Source: an uncultured Clostridia bacterium
GTDB taxonomy: Bacteria; Bacillota; Clostridia; Christensenellales; UBA1242
DNA: 64,000 nucleotides
Direction: 5' to 3'
Assembly (NCBI GenBank): GCA_947584415.1
Contig: CANPWN010000005.1
Location: 9,142 to 73,141, forward strand
In this document: positions 50,001-54,448 of the stretch, one piece after another
Layout of the letters: every line of letters begins with the position of its first letter
How positions within the stretch are numbered: the first letter of the stretch is position 1
Made by a program: the position numbers and the translations under genes
Notes under the pieces: model-generated
Database searches by the model: none
What the model was told of the DNA's origin: nothing
What the model saw: only the letters and a program-made list of their open reading frames with translations

Positions 50001-51229
50001 GTGAAAGGTTTGCCCTGCAAAAGACTTGTGTCAGCGGAATAATTGTCATAAAGGGAAATATCTTCACCTGGAACAACATCTTGCATGCCTGATAGTGAAG
50101 AAGTGGAAATTTTAATTTTATCAATCACATCAACAAGCTTAATGCCAAAGCGTTCTGTTTTTATTGAATAATTTTCAAGAGCATAACCTTCGTAATAAAT
50201 TTCAAAGTAAATGGTCAAATTTTCTCTTTCAAGATTTTCCGAATATTTCTCAATTTTGTAAACTACTGTGGAGTTCGTTGGGGAAAGTGGGCTGCTTTGA
50301 AGAGGAAAATTAAATCTGTTTGAAACTGAAGTGCCATTTAAAAGAACAACTGGAACAACTGTCACTGGCAAATCAACATCAGCCTTAAGTTGAATATATG
50401 CACTTGCCTCTTCATTTGAGTCATCATTTTTGACCAAATTAAATTCAAAGTTGTCTTCGGTGTTTATAAGGCTATCCCAAGAACCTGGCGTTCTTGCGAA
50501 TCTCTCCTCCACTGCTGGAAGAGGGTTAATAACTTTTATTACAACGGGGGTGCTAAGTTCCGTGTAAACTGATTGCACAAGCAGAGTCACTTCTTGTTCG
50601 TCATAATCCTTGTCAACAAGCAGAGTGTTATTTTCTGGGTCAAAATGCACAAACTCACTTTGAGTGGTTAGTGACCAAATAACATCTTTTCTGTTGCTTT
50701 CCCTGCCCTCGTGAGATGTGATATTCAAAAACCTGTCAGGGTCAAGATAAGTTGTTTGCCCTTTAACAATAAACTGGGTGATAGACTCCCCTTCCTCAAT
50801 TTTGTCAACATGCTGAGTGAGGGTTTCAATATCACTGTAAGAATAAATTTTGATAACTTTTTCACCATTGCCGTGTGACCTAAGCACAAGATTGATTGGC
50901 TTTTCGGTTTCTTTTTTTGCAGTGACAGTAATCAAAGTTTGTCCATTTGCGGAATTGTATTCAGCGTGAGCAGAAATTTCTTCTTGATGCTCATTGTTGA
51001 CAAAAACTTCGCCTTTTGATATGCCGCTGACAGAGGCAACAATCTCTGCGGTCAGATTGTCGGTGTTCATGTCAAATTCAATGTAAGAGTCATCTTTAAA
51101 ACTTTCGGAAGAAACATTGATTGTGGCTTGAGGTGGCTTTTTGTTGCAGGCGGCAAAAACTATGCCTCCTGCCATGAGGAAGACACCCAAAAATACAATA
51201 AACAATTTTTTCAGTTTGTTTTTCAACAT
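32027..51229 (-). CDS. Giant (6400-aa) surface lipoprotein with N-terminal Ig-like/beta-sandwich regions, central GLUG-type beta-helix arrays and a variable C-terminal tip.
   Basis: Single uninterrupted ORF with RBS GGGAGGAA. The N-terminus MLKNKLKKLFIVFLGVFLMAGGIVFAAC has a lipobox. There are dozens of GG[IL][VIA]G / AGF[VA] motifs preceded by FDGNGFTI / IDGNGFTL. Confidence 0.9.
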   Translation of the reverse strand: MLKNKLKKLFIVFLGVFLMAGGIVFAACNKKPPQATINVSSESFKDDSYIEFDMNTDNLTAEIVASVSGISKGEVFVNNEHQEEISAHAEYNSANGQTLITVTAKKETEKPINLVLRSHGNGEKVIKIYSYSDIETLTQHVDKIEEGESITQFIVKGQTTYLDPDRFLNITSHEGRESNRKDVIWSLTTQSEFVHFDPENNTLLVDKDYDEQEVTLLVQSVYTELSTPVVIKVINPLPAVEERFARTPGSWDSLINTEDNFEFNLVKNDDSNEEASAYIQLKADVDLPVTVVPVVLLNGTSVSNRFNFPLQSSPLSPTNSTVVYKIEKYSENLERENLTIYFEIYYEGYALENYSIKTERFGIKLVDVIDKIKISTSSLSGMQDVVPGEDISLYDNYSADTSLLQGKPFTVELGPESVDNDKAKFYIEVTLPLDGAVDPAQENVNSWVSVNVGSTNTGMTEVNFTHVKGNTYKSELLDNKTTLYIYVADEYFENHNPAEQTEQPEKIKFNFISEQSTNVRSDVNFSCFKAPNSNFSLGEEGDVEVFMTTSQINTFTKEFVVPALAGIQGITWRPAATSSENFEIIDYGYDWKNGTISLTVRNKKLGLDNEKCIIYFEHESGFKSENNFVVTGFTSMTNASVELTGASSTSASKSGYATQNFSNTPEFVGTGDNSLEYVFIKTGTNLNVAFSSNTKVKVETPKFIEMEFGSNPEAWLSNLDNINDFILQLQTADASTKVEYSEGTISITNDFKGFALITFEGLTDDHTELLFYRIFYIEAYTAPSSLMPEVEGDSEELLAQNSVSSHESERARAHITVKYRVDSKGITYYGDENDTRSSFKIYSANEALVHKEKDFIINGGNEYYHIENIIYNKTNLSFDIVADSTDGYSSHIDQIILEYRVFGSVYTGSVSVQIINSQRVESVDWRNQTDDGVIYLDATGSLVTDTSFPIITDVKPYNARNNTLKYKFVADDGIDYNFVDVSPLGLVSFERPSNGQKPKGGTGYIYVYPDDSIISKGSTDTLVYYTDNSLLPEGMEAHYVSVTKIADEYDNIIEGYFYRRDNSTLIKIYYKDVMLKLRVVVADGSSEETALRIYSTSELSNIDLSQHYVLMRSLTLTDWTVFENATFNGTLKGYNDSITLTFAGTNSGALFGKISETAKIERLTFNGSVKGSGIVAQTNLGLINNVKISVLATSDSATPSMVNSQEQFVGVVVGENYGTISAVSVEGATISATGENTYVGGIAGINSGKITDSKVEFYMFSSAANTFSGAYVGGIVGKLDATGKILNSYAYNFTTSNVLNATKTSGSFAAEVEEGAQISLSFAILKQTGLDDATILSSAKLSDIYYTLDGSGDVKSNSENWVSAGDAGFLSYVRDGKPHLKGIFQPQEITEDILSGLKIGDVVENDYTKALYVNSSEVLIYFRELDRASELSASESAALERINTISLTSLFKDEIASELVAFSGDEKVVEVIGSSLIIRQTGSVTLKIRPKQNFNLQRQITLKITHAVDKFMATYNNVVNDIKVNLLVGTNRSEFIDFDLEKSIYLANNPKPFDIRMDNFEIKTNTDNTTVKTGQVEDKSLVSFTTNGLTGTLVAKSKMVSGKRIDAADVFERLEMSAWPEVKDLGTTYQNVIKEHNKAKFTVIPNKGSIHISASVDKLLIEPAFTATFEVRLQTDKEDDDLTFALEEIGLEPVVQNQANGDKLFKFKNLPNQYMFYVKVTKNADAWDEENCVKFMLSIWLDNDYRQQISKLETYTLLINSESGYADNEGLPIVISFTSQPIDYIDMANYRSNPDEFAPNGTRIYTRADDFVSTLSPGRSSILQLVVDPAFAYYENFTLTYLPHSTQTSYVLGITRLKRYQNETAKFLYDANSTNTQNGIRVDYDPDANGVYIFRIYVGADIAQDTAFDIIATFYDKDGEVITPPQTYTLNISVLPIADLTINDGAIAAIAKGGTADLKIILNKNQNIQSIAWPRAKGISVSTWEEKENPADTRTKILTATMFAGLNANVQYEDVETNGQFQLVVTVARDVNGIPEQKSSYVSVLLVDFLPAASKLEGGEYDASFGGDVLIVPNGFRADIKLKHQFSPNEYAYDTTDPNEANQVNVLLGKRQQFERQGYYIDPNSDFYINCDKNQNVIPIYERLYVGSTKANFVNTASDVWSYTTTSFSLNYVASTQELYAIGLRNTSSPINIKIIDYISLGKVGTAVNYTVETNFGLNIMDYSTGDEPISVEDADFFKNLGGDGTMQDYILANDITLVGYKPISAKNMRSFDGNGFTINIQSFEMPSSSDIRLALFTEIPDGSIIKNLKVNYYYGGNININIAGETQVTGVHVAGFALENRGIITNCEVVAYDTQVAAASGDVGLRVQIKRGENSYYIADSTIDCEVAGFVLDNSGNITNSKVGGQLTRHVTRSGYPTSDYEVISLGKFTLLGQGDMAGFVLNNSGTIASSGAGQIQITNESSLTTSKTAGFVVSNSGRINSSYVEGMKLAGQTTNYNLMGTNISSKGSTAGFVVDNGTREDANSSITDCYANIAIANDTEIKSIMSSGFVYSNFGKVRTSYTACYVEKADLFQLNFSGVDKNGQSLNKGTIEHCYYYLEGYQNDDSNNLQSVIDGAPAPIDADSASKEEAYYGFVFATSANVDSGEISNTEASYRNDGIWKIVPGEGVKLVSRDVITFGHRYKNSVDGKTYVFVYATEMTNANSTLEGSEYGGQNNPILITNAEDFKNAMGESNSTVIQNKYTDEEVKGYYRLIDDADFSSINADLGGGEKGNAVISSIIKTLTGGIDGNGFTLEDVSLGLLGLGFNENQKNNVKSAGLFSKIDGGMVKNLNIEIQNVTFTDVPVVGTLAGMVNDGVIIDVEVTQNAISDITTGDKEEEEKYGVNGVNAVGGIVGVVFGNSRLNGLTANNIKVRATRSSKSDNENNARYLTIFDPETLRANKDSDRFFAALGSGTSDAGTIRLYSFAGGIVGYLDSSDTQQNANLFDYNANLNNYTTRMLHVEGSIDIRGEVVGGVIGYSGVKTKAQDLALKLSKTDDGYADILSYNNFAGGLIGYANGQFYQIYSEHESTLQNTIEDGTKAYYQSNSLASAIAVERGILDLFTFTEKESGTYDYNPTHVGGLFGVVGSAAINVAYSKINAINHTTKTLSYAGGIAGGVVSPTNNFDVVRPSTNANVQCSVYLNEVYASGDVYAKDAQGGLFGVIQEQSQNATIVLNSVNAVNLYGIAENDYESATLYAVVGGIVAPAEGEKVGDKITIFPSETAFSGKDDEKDCKVLGYMEKYTWGALSNPDKKIEVVPYEGYTAPTDLDDRVYEITSVSNYENQTAGFTETNGAFMGSGAWDITHWTHDENRLFPVISFINTANYLYLDATDESIRNVLNKMNRSSIEIRVRGRNEDGEYKNVDLRPYLKTLSENNNAIEQFSGRIIGGTADTEWGDGFGPISNNYSNTTNYPGVIIGRHPWLNTVAKGVYIQNLTIFVDTEDTGGATIAGSGDTGTADSTSVYKDSTNNYSVQGGFLCATQVENASFSSIKMYIGSMVKMSTYGGAAGLLAPSFVSSSILDVSFIFNDGNSFADKLSEGRNAVVTVEPSGGEGNVEFGLVAGTIRQNSLYQTLRVQNISIMHNDLHDANLNKYYLAKVDGGAKSVNFGLYVGRVIEKGEKDGNFAKLTIDIQSPTDLNQGDVETRLLLSSTEDNSSANFGGYFGRVGYAETSITTKNLSGEHELYLDCQAPTSSLNVGGFAGDMQITHFTFEEHQLKTKIMFNGQIKGTTNAGFVVGHVQGDLNLSSLEIDGTIQNTSGDTKSELLSIGGLVGYNEASLRVDTINIKLLSSVKDATAGDANNFEFKLEPFKSGNDLYFGGLVGQNHSSLTLGGDINFNNPDDGIQKENISFTATGKIYAGELVGYHASDLLKSDGTFSFKSNSIDGFVAEGCYVGGLVGYTSAETTLAKAEVNSVFFVGGKVQVGGMIGEVSADITLSDTIFGGAFEFNDDNNQGKEHYVGGVVGFVQKGAVNLSNNKTYGDAIYTYSTSFTALQSYTFGGLIGSAEASVTTINLAGNVTAFTNNNARYNNNEENNDNYLTDAMIGNGHDFTATIKDIPSVNFYCSQLVLAKSDSERAKDVGYNTFTLGYGEVVDNTTTIINKLLPSTGVVGSKLNPISDANLAGSTDAIGSHGIVYYSISSASNINNLKLDGSKKPFALISDFNVRTSNITTEIKEHSFISGFNIKYSQEDTVDSITFEKQEGTTDTGVKYYGGLTEKLSGGIIYASMVSGKLSIGGSAVGNIGGLVAEMNGGRIAESYSSVDITYRAAATGSAAGLVANISGQNNFIDASYSTGNVQSYISANLYAFANIASGKTVVRNSYTISWLNQQNYISAADASGKLSIYGDLGIITSGSSATSSGVIFKSFAYDPESMEIRNTNLEEELTQGDNNTVSFTNGIYWKEDGAINFGYPYRNFNAFKRSSYAKLTDDKWVECNSKEIGAYYVAFNATKLAQLSGKSASVSQVVLYHDLDLTKVGKMVDDKYTGLIFEDFDYSNMTFDGNYHIINRGAIGNQALAKPLFSSIKTIDNVKVIVPDSGVAMDAVVAESVVNADNVSAQGYISSTSGTTAGGLFGSSKGVITNCRNYVKVDSTTATIIGGIVGNATGTITNSINYAPINTIAVDKNSDDGIAGGIAGNTTAAINYCGNENTVFAGYTGGSGNFYAGGIVGNTTSTIDHCYNTSMVKAGNKENASKVYAGGILGYSSSTISITNCTNEGFIEALSKNPSAPLQQADEVNDNFFVTFSDDSNGVLVVKTSQAVDIINVTNQLVYVGGISGSTFTGSNHDSGEAFFNGTAPWKFGFDADSSEVGSFYFEKFMLVGEEKVVDKQVEKNKFELNSYKLLTTFSNFKVHIAEIDELGVMSSYFISCDREIEYPGNNKIKQQVYTRTVQLDYGETYKDFCRVSGDKQGTNTKTAILEEIQKGITDDSETRGVSVGGKTLNFVYNGDDFVSNAQLGYSWEKVSYNGKIKGKNISDLYSAGYDFSVSATDSNKNTINTSALIVDTTGNGSISFNVAVPIDGKPTRVNISYTITASFEPREVSVHVDAANILFSEGENSESKDDDVVTIYYDLSEGDFVAGDVKISVPNADGEVIELTMKAEAVATDATTQKLTYTGADAKGKFELLKNNVITFNINQGKTETYTGRFSASVTMDDFGLQTESFSVPSAYEKVSWSEYDSYTQALRLLQRGSLGYEGMISTGNPTNGNRITRGDLTYSSDKLTVSFPVKIKGKASTINASSHDNSGGLYYWIFDLTNTSTYTIGASGEVKLCDFKLNTTRAGLENVAGSFYIESSSYDSKTDITTVNVKLVCKEAVNTVHDIGIYDCTIENTFLAGLQIRAEYENRYISSNETSSSTYWDIKLDNSILNTANAVIGTKTQSVDVEGDGSYTYTYELIRNASTQTKQSTDVGSGVSSGYSCTGLLTWRLKSIEHAYYGETNENITFSRRYLDDSKIIDGSITLDENVDSYKTYVNIDKATDGTQTVVINGNKYYVNFDSSDNTLFLILNKGDEENEKNYYGSSHSINIDDHIYYYTSVISSAGTNLTSFYYYRDVIISHKYIVSSSASNSLSVDTGLVWPSGKTSLVNGTDFVAGIYERRLTLVRAEAEADEVTVSETAGKVTLDGEEYTLSFDKEKNELTVNGQLFKVDEEGYIEDMFFAKGYEWAITYQNGKFTFTRAWLIGKDGKISVNGKNYFYWFDGEALSIYEDNGKEVAVKANIEDTIDIADVKYSVNYEDEQINLEGVTFAAEKDDSNKIRITASISSGYFPINSVLVVSDILTDKAENVVNFGLHYAEATVSLDFKYDATLHEYTGGGNGEVIVGSTVTCPPSNEVKDFALDFTGKSGYTYTDTNYSVIISQQTATSGEGVVLMRDVLLVQTNPIILGSKDISKKVNIFGNRFALNFSLSISDSLFKGSDDFGFIKDLTVAGTTNNHPLYMESMSNSYNIRTFGTVIVTRANYGTRIPNIGTVANAIEAENTSLTISNYASFCVKDIGYQDGTKEIVFHDGTKAKKITDGSLFGISPKINNAATGSQISNLGTIIGLDGVHAFNVSVLWIFKGYPYGETGTAGQSVYAISATNIPSANNYGIVMAGQGSNGYRGTDGSSGVDTDDCSAPTEGKSGGTGGENGAPGVAYMPKKEEIKAAINKNGVEIKDENGKGTGEYRALDGNTGWDGLDLHKYESGRWKVKAMLASNEIFKLWNGRSIYLQCRGYKQASNVGVNGNTEKLQIALYDSNIEFRYCANTTGYIRYPEITEAKGPGYNTFMREFNGDGKNSGQDGIMKSDGAYFEDNGYYYLINYYWSNAYLTTAEYDLLNHEDRGIELALYLVPKWTVVQGQKVIDSSKQSKITEVNV
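32790..32872 (-). repeat. Right arm of the 83-bp inverted repeat, located inside the giant ORF.
   Basis: See 31270-31352. It encodes YAISATNIPSANNYGIVMAGQGSNGYRG of the expressed gene. Confidence 0.85.
36760..47850 (-). repeat. Region holding at least six clusters of GLUG-type repeats; approximate bounds.
   Basis: Cluster positions are estimated from motif positions: about 47350-47850, 43540-44430, 41500-42900, 39000-40700, 38150-38460 and 36760-37400. Example motifs are YVGGIVGKLD, VAGFVLDNSGN, FAGGIVGYLDS, SIGGLVGYNEA, YVGGLVGYTSA and YAGGIVGNTTS. Confidence 0.55.
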
Positions 51230-51310
51230 TTCCTCCCAAATTATTATTTTTAAATTACAAAAATTTATAATTTTTTGTCACAAAAAAATAATATAATTCT
51301 GGACAATAAA

Positions 51311-51340
51311 ATTATAAATCAAATTTAATAAATTTGTCAA
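51311..51340 (-). promoter_or_regulatory. Candidate promoter of the giant gene, TTGACA-18 nt-TATAAT.
   Basis: Minus-strand reading is TTGACAaatttattaaatttgattTATAAT, leaving an AT-rich leader of roughly 80 nt before GGGAGGAA-ATG. Confidence 0.45.
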
Positions 51341-51363
51341 ATAAAATCATATTTAATTTAAAC

Positions 51364-51392
51364 TTGCAAAAATAATAATTTTTGTGTAAAAT
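51364..51392 (+). promoter_or_regulatory. Promoter, TTGCAA-17 nt-TAAAAT with TGTG upstream of the -10 box.
   Basis: TTGCAA is at 51364-51369 and TAAAAT at 51387-51392, followed by RBS AAGGAA and the ATG at 51411. Confidence 0.5.
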
Positions 51393-51410
51393 AATGACAA
51401 GGAAATTGTT

Positions 51411-52121
51411 ATGAAAAAAATTGTGTCACTTGTGAGAAAAATGGTGGAAGAGCATGCGCTCATCGAAAACGGCGACAAGATTGCCGTTGGGGTTTCTGGC
51501 GGAAAAGACAGTTTGACTTTGCTGACTGCATTAAGAGAAATTCAAAAGTATGGGTCCATAAAATTTGAGCTTATGGCAATTGCAATTGACCTGTCAAATG
51601 GCGAGATGGACTTTGCGCCGACAAGAGAATATTGCGAAAAAATTGGAACTGATTTTTTGCTTGTAAATTCAAATGTTTTTGAAATTGTTTTTGATATAAG
51701 AAAAGAGAAAAACCCGTGTTCTTTATGTGCAAATTTGCGCCGCGGACTGTTGAACACTGCGGCAAAAGAAAACGGCTGCAACAAGGTTGCACTAGCACAC
51801 AATATGGACGACCTTTTGGAAACATTTTTCATGGCTTTGACCTTTGAAGGACGCCTGCAAGCCATGCAACCCAAAACATATCTTTCAAGAATGGACATAA
51901 CCGTCATAAGACCTCTGCTACTTTGCGAAGAGAAGGACATCATATCCTTTTCAAAGGGCTTGCCAGTGATAAAAAACACCTGCCCCAAAGACCATTTCAC
52001 CGAGCGAGAAAACAGCAAAAAAATAATTGAAAAATTGGAAGAAAAATATCCTGGATGCAAAAGAAATTATTTTAATGCCATCACCGACCCAAGAAGATAC
52101 AATTTATGGAATAAAAAATAA
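51411..52121 (+). CDS. ttcA: PP-loop ATPase, tRNA 2-thiocytidine biosynthesis TtcA family.
   Basis: VGVSGGKDS (PP-loop), CSLCANLRRG and HNMDD. Confidence 0.75.
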   Translation: MKKIVSLVRKMVEEHALIENGDKIAVGVSGGKDSLTLLTALREIQKYGSIKFELMAIAIDLSNGEMDFAPTREYCEKIGTDFLLVNSNVFEIVFDIRKEKNPCSLCANLRRGLLNTAAKENGCNKVALAHNMDDLLETFFMALTFEGRLQAMQPKTYLSRMDITVIRPLLLCEEKDIISFSKGLPVIKNTCPKDHFTERENSKKIIEKLEEKYPGCKRNYFNAITDPRRYNLWNKK

Positions 52122-52152
52122 TTATTCGCCTTTAAAAATAAGGCGAATAATT
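52120..52152. terminator. Bidirectional terminator with a 13-bp perfect stem.
   Basis: AATTATTCGCCTT-taaaaat-AAGGCGAATAATT lies between the convergent ttcA and spoIIID. Confidence 0.7.
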
Positions 52153-52154
52153 GA

Positions 52155-52403
52155 TTATGCTAATAAATATTTCTTTTTTGTTGCTTCTCCACCACGGATA
52201 TGTTTTTCTGAAAAATTCAAATTTAATATTTTTTCAATTTTTTGGTATTTTTTTGAATTGATTTTTTTAAGTCGCTGCGACATGTCAACATGAACTGTGC
52301 TTTTGCTTACCCCAAACAAATGAGCCGTTTGTCTTAAGGTGCTGCGTGTTGAGATGATGTAATCCGCTTCAAGCGTTACGCGTCTTGTAATACTGTTGTT
52401 CAC
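52155..52403 (-). CDS. spoIIID: Stage III sporulation protein D-type transcription regulator.
   Basis: 82 aa. LFGVSKSTVHVDMSQRL and HIRGGEATKKKY match B. subtilis SpoIIID (FGVSKSTVHKDL ... RGGEATK). The start is GTG after AAGGAGGG. Confidence 0.85.
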   Translation of the reverse strand: MNNSITRRVTLEADYIISTRSTLRQTAHLFGVSKSTVHVDMSQRLKKINSKKYQKIEKILNLNFSEKHIRGGEATKKKYLLA

Positions 52404-52467
52404 GCTAGTTACCCTCCTTAAGAGTAACTTATTCAGCGTGATGTCGAATTATGTCAATTTTTGAAGA

Positions 52468-52492
52468 ATAAAAAAACGGCATTTTTGCCGTT
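52468..52492 (-). terminator. Rho-independent terminator after acpP.
   Basis: Minus strand reads AACGGCA-aaaa-TGCCGTT followed by a T-run. Confidence 0.6.
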
Positions 52493-52712
52493 ATTTTTTG
52501 TTTATTATTTCACAGATTGCATTTACAGAACGAATTTTATCAACCTGGTCATCTTTGATTTTTACTCCGAATTCATCTTCAAGTGTCATCAACATTTCAA
52601 CAATATCAAGAGAATCTGCCCCGAGGTCCGTGTAAATATCCGCGTCATCTTTGATATCATCTGGAGAAATGCAAAGTTGGTCTGCAATCAATTGTTTGAT
52701 TTTCTCTTTCAT
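52491..52712 (-). CDS. acpP: Acyl carrier protein.
   Basis: LGADSLDIVEMLMTLEDEFG (phosphopantetheine Ser). The ATG is preceded by GGAGG. Confidence 0.9.
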   Translation of the reverse strand: MKEKIKQLIADQLCISPDDIKDDADIYTDLGADSLDIVEMLMTLEDEFGVKIKDDQVDKIRSVNAICEIINKK

Positions 52713-52766
52713 ATTTGCCTCCACAAGCTAATTATAGCATATATGAAGGTTTAAAAACAAGCAATT

Positions 52767-53339
52767 TTATTTATTTTGCAAAGAAATATAATTGTTTGGG
52801 TCGACTTCTTTGCCATCTTGAAGCAAGGTGAAATCAAGATGATTGCCGTATCCCGCTTCGCTTGCGGCAGAATTGGAAATAGTGCCAATCTTTTGCCCTT
52901 TCTGGACTTGGTCGCCTTTTTGGACATCAATGTTCTTGTCAAGAGAACTGTAGATGCTTACAAAACCATCACTGTGTTTGATTTCAACAACGTTTCCGAG
53001 CATATATTTGTAATATACATCCAAAACTTCGCCATCAAGCACACTGACAACCGTTGGGTCTTCACCTGTAAGGTCGACTGAATAATGTGTCTCCCATTTG
53101 TTTAAGGTTTGATTGTGCTGAAGTTTTTTGTCGTTGTAATCTTTGATTACTGTTGCATTTGCAATTGGCGAACAAAAAACAAGCGGATTGTTGGTGATGA
53201 CTGGTGATGTTTTCCTGTTGCTTAGCACTCCAACAACCGTTGCAGTGACAACAACCATGACAATTATTGCCCCGCCAACAATGTAAGCCCCAAACCTTTT
53301 AAAAAATGTTGAGAATTTGTTTTGCTTTTTGATTTCCAT
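52767..53339 (-). CDS. Membrane-anchored M23/LytM-domain protein (SpoIIQ-like architecture).
   Basis: N-terminal TM helix. HYSVD (HxxxD) is present. KHSDGFVSIYSSL...VQKGDQVQKGQKIGTISNS is present. The second metal motif reads NHLDF where the canonical motif is HxH. RBS is AAGGAGGG. Confidence 0.7.
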   Translation of the reverse strand: MEIKKQNKFSTFFKRFGAYIVGGAIIVMVVVTATVVGVLSNRKTSPVITNNPLVFCSPIANATVIKDYNDKKLQHNQTLNKWETHYSVDLTGEDPTVVSVLDGEVLDVYYKYMLGNVVEIKHSDGFVSIYSSLDKNIDVQKGDQVQKGQKIGTISNSAASEAGYGNHLDFTLLQDGKEVDPNNYISLQNK

Positions 53340-53396
53340 TTTTCCCTCCTTGACCCCTTTATTGACTTTTTAAATTTTTATATACATCAATTCTTT

Positions 53397-53852
53397 TTAA
53401 AACCCGGTCATTATCATTGGAAAGCCGCAAATTATTTCCTCCTCTTTTATTGCCATTTGCACATTGACTTTTTTGTTTTCAACCACCCTATATTCTGGAT
53501 ATATGGATGTGTAAGCACACAAAATTTGCATATTTTCAACTTTTTGCGTGCTTTTTGCATCTATTTTTAAATAATTAAGGATGTTATTATACTCTCCCTT
53601 ATCAAAAGTTAAGATGGCACACTTTGGGTTATATTTTTTGTAAAGTTGATGCGCCTGTGACTTGTCAGCGGTCGAAAAAATGGCGTCTTGACCGTTTTGA
53701 GTGAAAGTTAAATTTTCAGCTTTTGCTTCTTCCACATTCAATATTAAGGTGTAAGATTTTGCGTTCGCCATACCAAACACATCTGCCTTTGGAACGGCTA
53801 TGCACACACCGGCAGAAAGAATTACAAAAATAAAAACCATCAACTTTTTCAT
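53397..53852 (-). CDS. Secreted/membrane-anchored protein, possibly YwmB (DUF1779)-like.
   Basis: Signal peptide. The C-terminal VNVQMAIKEEEIICGFPMIMTGF resembles the YwmB-family ending. The assignment is weak. Confidence 0.3.
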   Translation of the reverse strand: MKKLMVFIFVILSAGVCIAVPKADVFGMANAKSYTLILNVEEAKAENLTFTQNGQDAIFSTADKSQAHQLYKKYNPKCAILTFDKGEYNNILNYLKIDAKSTQKVENMQILCAYTSIYPEYRVVENKKVNVQMAIKEEEIICGFPMIMTGF

Positions 53853-53870
53853 AAAGGAATTGTTGACAGT

Positions 53871-54407
53871 TTACATTTTTTCATATCCCCAAATTTGCTT
53901 TATATCCAAAGATGCATCCAAACTTTCGACAACTATCGTTAAAACATAGCGTTTTGTTGAATTAAAATATTTATCCGGCAAGCCTAAATATGACGCCAGG
54001 GCAATTTTGTTTGATGAAGGCAATTTTTCGTCAAAATAATAATATTCTCCCTCTTGCTGCCAATGTTCGGTTGTGCCAAGCGACATATCCGTTTCTCCGC
54101 CCTCAAGCATGACAACTGCTTTTGCACGGACATACAAATCTTTGTCAGAAATGTTTGTTATGCTTATGTTCTGGCTCAATTTTTGCTTTGGAAGATAAGA
54201 GCCAACAAATGTCAAGCCTATTGTTTCTGCGCCATTGTCAGAAACTGAAAAGTTCAAATTTTCTCCCAGCGAAACATCACTTTCAATTTTGGCTGAATTT
54301 GTGAAAAACCATCCACTTATGCCAAGATATAGTGAAATTGCCAGCAATATGCACAATAAAACTATTGCAAAAATAAAACCATAAGTTGATTTTGAAAGTT
54401 TTTTCAT
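53871..54407 (-). CDS. Membrane/secreted protein, possibly TasA/camelysin-like with a SipW-type signal.
   Basis: A TM helix is followed by GWFFTNSAKIESDVSLGENLNF, resembling the AYFTD...GTLDL signature. The start is uncertain (ATG 54407 vs TTG 54443). Confidence 0.3.
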   Translation of the reverse strand: MKKLSKSTYGFIFAIVLLCILLAISLYLGISGWFFTNSAKIESDVSLGENLNFSVSDNGAETIGLTFVGSYLPKQKLSQNISITNISDKDLYVRAKAVVMLEGGETDMSLGTTEHWQQEGEYYYFDEKLPSSNKIALASYLGLPDKYFNSTKRYVLTIVVESLDASLDIKQIWGYEKM

Positions 54408-54448
54408 AAACTTATGGTTTGCAAATTTGTTTTGAAAATTCAATTATT

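Noticed and set aside
32027-51229. Dozens of 60-124-aa ORFs inside or antisense to the 6400-aa gene, plus similar long antisense ORFs elsewhere (20554-21036, 21811-22293, 27338-27928, 51542-52060, 18401-18769).
   Set aside because: They overlap well-supported genes. They have Ser/Leu/Phe-rich shadow-frame composition and no RBS or promoter. Such shadow ORFs are expected antisense to long genes.
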